From Alphaproteobacteria bacterium (GTDB lineage: Bacteria > Pseudomonadota > Alphaproteobacteria > Bin95): a stretch of 64,000 nucleotides of DNA. The stretch's first letter is position 1. Each line of letters opens with the position of its first letter. Location of the stretch: positions 4,800,001 through 4,864,000 of the forward strand of contig CBDBGH010000003.1 in NCBI GenBank assembly GCA_965205265.1, written 5' to 3'. Below, in pieces: positions 60,846 to 64,000 of this stretch. A program made the position numbers and the translations under genes. The notes under the pieces were generated by a model. It made no database searches. It saw only the letters and a list, made by a program, of their open reading frames with translations, and had not been told where the DNA came from.

Positions 60846-60881
60846 AATCCGCTTTCCATGATAATCCGATTGTGCTATAAA
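60846..60881 (+). promoter_or_regulatory. Operator-bearing sigma70-like promoter
   Basis: AATCCGC-TTTCCA-TGATAATCCGATTGTGC(17)-TATAAA. Confidence 0.7.
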
Positions 60882-60988
60882 TTTAGCCTGTCACGACAGG
60901 GAGGACATCGCATTGATGACCGAACGGAGCAGTCCGGCCCGGGCGGCGGACCGCCCTTCTTCCGCCTTTCCGCCTCTCTGGCCGGTGC

Positions 60989-61848
60989 ATGTCGGTGCCG
61001 CACCGCTGTTCTCCTTCGCTATGCCCGGGTTCCTCACCGATGAGCGCCGATAACTCCCGCTCCCCCGGCGGCAGCCTTCCGGAAAACCTCTGGGCCGTCT
61101 CCTGCACCGGAGACTGGTTCGCGGACGAGACCGCGGCCCGCAACAGCGCCATCAGCCAAAAGGCCATCTGTGCCGAATTCATTCGCATGGATATCCATCG
61201 GCACCGGGTCCGTGACAAGACAGAGCGGCGCGACAGCGAACTGCACCAGCTGCGCGCCGCCGCCCGGGCCGCAGCCACCGCATTGCGTGAACATCTCGAT
61301 GACCGCGAAGATGCCCTGCTCGGAATCGGCAATTCGCCCGGCCAGGCCGCGATGGCGGTCGAGGAGGGCCGCGATATCCTCGAGCGCCTGGAGGAATTGC
61401 TCTGAGCAACGAAGGGGCCCGCACCCGGGCCGGCGTTCTGGTCATCATCACCGATGAAACCGGCCGCGTGCAGGCCGCCAGCACGGACTTCGAACCGTCC
61501 TATGCCGCCGGATTCAAGGACCGGGAACGCCAGGAAAGCCGGGCGCGCGATGCCGCCTGGAACCAGGCCATCCATGCACATGCCTCGCAGGCACTTGCCA
61601 ACGCTCTCACGGATAACGGCACCTTCGGCATGGACCTCTCCCGGACCGTCCAGAACCTGCTCTCCAGGGGCTGGCACGTCGAGGTCCGCGATATCGAGGC
61701 GCCCGGCGAGGACAGCTCTGTCAGGGATGCCGCCACAGTCATGCTGAATGCCCTCAGGCATGCGCGCCTGGAACACCTCCCGGAGCCTGTCCCGCTTGTC
61801 GACGAGGCCATCGCCCACGGCGAGAGAGTCCTGCGGGGCGACCTGTAG
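60989..61848 (+). CDS. Two hypothetical ORFs (60989-61405, 61468-61848)
   Basis: Downstream of the motif promoter; similar C-termini (AVEEGRDIL / AIAHGERVL). Confidence 0.5.
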
Positions 61849-62157
61849 CTGACTCCAACGCCGGGTCCGGGCCGTGGAGACATCCAGAGGCGTTCGGAAT
61901 TTCTGTGGGAATCCCGGTCCGGGGGGGCGGCTCCCAGCCGCGCCCCGGAAATACCGTAATGTCAGGGGGTTGCGTTCTTCATCGCGGCCCGTCTGCGCCG
62001 CCTGCCAACGCTTGGCCGGCCAGTGCCGGCGCCGTCCACGGCCGTCAAACCGCCCTTCCAGCGGCTTGCTCGAAACCGAACTGCCGAATGTCGCACCGTG
62101 TCCCGGTTCCTGCCGGTGTGAAGGCCGGAGATGCCCTATACACCCCCAACTGTAGTG

Positions 62158-62685
62158 CTAATGCAGCCCGCTCTCGGTTGGCGTGTCCGGCTCTCCGGGA
62201 TCCGGGCCTGTCAGCACCGTTTCCAGATACTCCAGCCGGACTGTCAGAGCCGGCACGATCACATCCCTGAGGCTCCCGAATTTTTCGAGCACTTCGGCAG
62301 ATCTGAGATCCATGCCGTAGGATTCCCGGAAAACATGGCGAAAGCTGCGAACGTCCGAGAGCGGACCGGTCATGTCCGGAAGAACGATCGCAGGCCGCAC
62401 CGGTGTCTCCGCCGCCATCTGCGCAAGCAGCTTCATGTGCCAGCTTTCGCCCGTTGGCTTGCCTCCGTCCACTTCCTCCGCGATGTCCTCGAAAATCCGC
62501 TCAAGGCCGGAATAGATGTCGTGAACCGCCTTCCCCACACCGCTCTCGATTCGCAGTTCCCTGTCTTCCCATTCGGGTTCGGCGTCTGCCGCAAGCCGAT
62601 GCCGTTCGCCCTTGGCCAGCGTGCGGTCGATCCGGGACAGATAGACCTGGATCCTGGCGAACAGCGGATGAGAGGCGGTCAGCAT
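62158..62685 (-). CDS. HEPN-domain (HepT-like) protein
   Basis: HDIYSGLERIFEDIA.EVDG..P.GESWH..LL.QM; FRHVFRESYG. Confidence 0.85.
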   Translation of the reverse strand: MLTASHPLFARIQVYLSRIDRTLAKGERHRLAADAEPEWEDRELRIESGVGKAVHDIYSGLERIFEDIAEEVDGGKPTGESWHMKLLAQMAAETPVRPAIVLPDMTGPLSDVRSFRHVFRESYGMDLRSAEVLEKFGSLRDVIVPALTVRLEYLETVLTGPDPGEPDTPTESGLH

Positions 62686-63122
62686 GATTCAATGACACGT
62701 ACGCCGCGAAGCGCCTCGGCGCAGGAGATCGAGCCGCTCATGAGGTGGGAGGCCATATCCAGAAAGGCAACGTCCACGCGGATATCGCTTTCGGCGCCTC
62801 TTTCTTGCATCCAGGACATGACGCGGAAGCGGTTTTCGGAGACAATGCCGGCCGTGACCAGAATGTCGAGATCGGCTTCTGGACCTGCCGTTCCGCGTGC
62901 GACGGACCCGAACACACGGATATCGACGCCTTCCGAAGCGGCCCGGGCCGCAATGTCCGCCAGAAGCCTGTGCAGCGCCTCGCGCCGTCGGCGGGTCCGC
63001 TGGCGGACGGCGCTGTAGAAAGGTCGTCCGCCGAAAGCGCGGGTCCGCACGGGGCTGTCGTCCGGGAACGGACGTGGTGCGCTGTTTTGTGCCCGTCCGA
63101 GCTGCGTTACTCGTTCATCCAT
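62679..63122 (-). CDS. Minimal nucleotidyltransferase (MNT) antitoxin
   Basis: VFGSVARG...EADLDILV, RVDV; overlaps the HEPN gene. Confidence 0.85.
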   Translation of the reverse strand: MDERVTQLGRAQNSAPRPFPDDSPVRTRAFGGRPFYSAVRQRTRRRREALHRLLADIAARAASEGVDIRVFGSVARGTAGPEADLDILVTAGIVSENRFRVMSWMQERGAESDIRVDVAFLDMASHLMSGSISCAEALRGVRVIESC

Positions 63123-63176
63123 CGCCCGTATCCTTCGCAACTGAAGGAGCATCCATCATAGCATGAGCACGGGAAG

Positions 63177-64000
63177 TGTAGCGCTGCCTATAGCGCGACA
63201 ATCTGGGTGAGAGCCGCGCGTCAATCAGGATGAGATTCCCCGGCGGCATCGGCGAGTTGATGATTGTCGCGCGGGGCGCGGATTGCAAGCGGTTTCGGAT
63301 TTTGATTGTCGCGGCGCGACAAACAAGGTTTTCGGAGAGCGTTTTGATTGTCGCGGGGGGGCCGTCGGGTCGGAGAAGAGACGGCCCGCGGAGGCGATTC
63401 CCGCGGGCCGTGAGTGTTGTGGCCGCTGGGCCGATCTGGCGGCAGCGGTTCAGTTTTTGGTGTTTTTTTTGGTGGCGTAGCTTGCCGGGCGCCCAGCCTT
63501 TCGCTTGCCTCTGTCGAGGGCTTCGCGGCGCCTGTAGCTCTCGACATTCATTTCGAGGATGGTGGCGTGGTGGACGAGCCGGTCGACGGCAGCCACCGCG
63601 GTTGTTTCGTCCGGGAACACCTTTCCCCACTCACCGAAGGGCTGGTTGGCGGTGATCAGCAGGGATCGGCGCTCGTAGCGCGCGGAGATGAGTTCGAAGA
63701 GGACGCTGGTCTCGGCCTGATCCTTCTGGACATAGGCGATGTCGTCGAGGATGAGGAGGTGGTATCGGTCGAGCCTTGCGAGCATGGCTTCGAGGGCGAG
63801 TTCGCGGCGGGCGACCTGCATGCGCTGGACGAGATCGGTGGTCCTGGTGAAGAGGACGCGGTATCCGTTCTCGACCAGGGCGAGGCCGATGGCGGAGGCG
63901 AGATGGCTCTTGCCGGCGCCTGGCGGTCCGAAGATGAGGCAATTGGCGCCCTGGGTCAGCCAGGCATCGCCGGCGGCCAGCGCGTTGACCTGGGCCTTCG
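63177..64000 (-). mobile_element. Second IS21-family element, partial
   Basis: Probable end TGTAGCG at 63177; GATTGTCGCG repeats at 63262, 63304, 63346 and inverted at 63194; contains istB. Confidence 0.8.
63450..64000 (-). CDS. istB: IS21 IstB, 5'-truncated by window edge
   Basis: GPPGAGKSH, LLILDDIAYV, LITANQPFGEW, AVDRLVHH. Confidence 0.93.
   Translation of the reverse strand, partial: KAQVNALAAGDAWLTQGANCLIFGPPGAGKSHLASAIGLALVENGYRVLFTRTTDLVQRMQVARRELALEAMLARLDRYHLLILDDIAYVQKDQAETSVLFELISARYERRSLLITANQPFGEWGKVFPDETTAVAAVDRLVHHATILEMNVESYRRREALDRGKRKAGRPASYATKKNTKN

Noticed and set aside
1-64000. Prophage
   Set aside because: No capsid, terminase, portal, tail or lysis genes were recognised; the phage-type genes are accessory families also found on plasmids and ICEs.

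Overview
GC-rich window that reads as the accessory region of a large conjugative element (megaplasmid or ICE), probably from an alphaproteobacterial host. It is mostly long co-directional + strand runs of hypothetical genes in paralog families. Phage/plasmid-type genes include three DUF5131, a PAPS-reductase-like protein, ASCH and Thg1. Type IVB/MPF-I conjugation-related pieces include DotA/TraY-like and DotH/IcmK-like mini-genes and two PilV-like genes. Out-of-context host-type genes are dnaA without dnaN, dgt, a three-domain cold-shock protein and tRNA-Ser(GGA) with C33. A PspA/YjfI/YjfK/lipoprotein/DUF350/spermidine-synthase envelope module is split into two operons. Mobile DNA is dense: an IS21 carrying a Toprim passenger, two matching group II introns, an IS1634 with a ~287-bp target duplication, an ISKra4-type IS, a TnpB-only element with terminal inverted repeats (full and truncated copies) and a second IS21 at the right edge. 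Five sigma70-like promoters share a repeated AATC(G/C)GATT operator architecture. A mosaic segment (12544-13870) and several frameshifts suggest long-read consensus errors. All family calls come from motif recognition by eye; no database searches were run.
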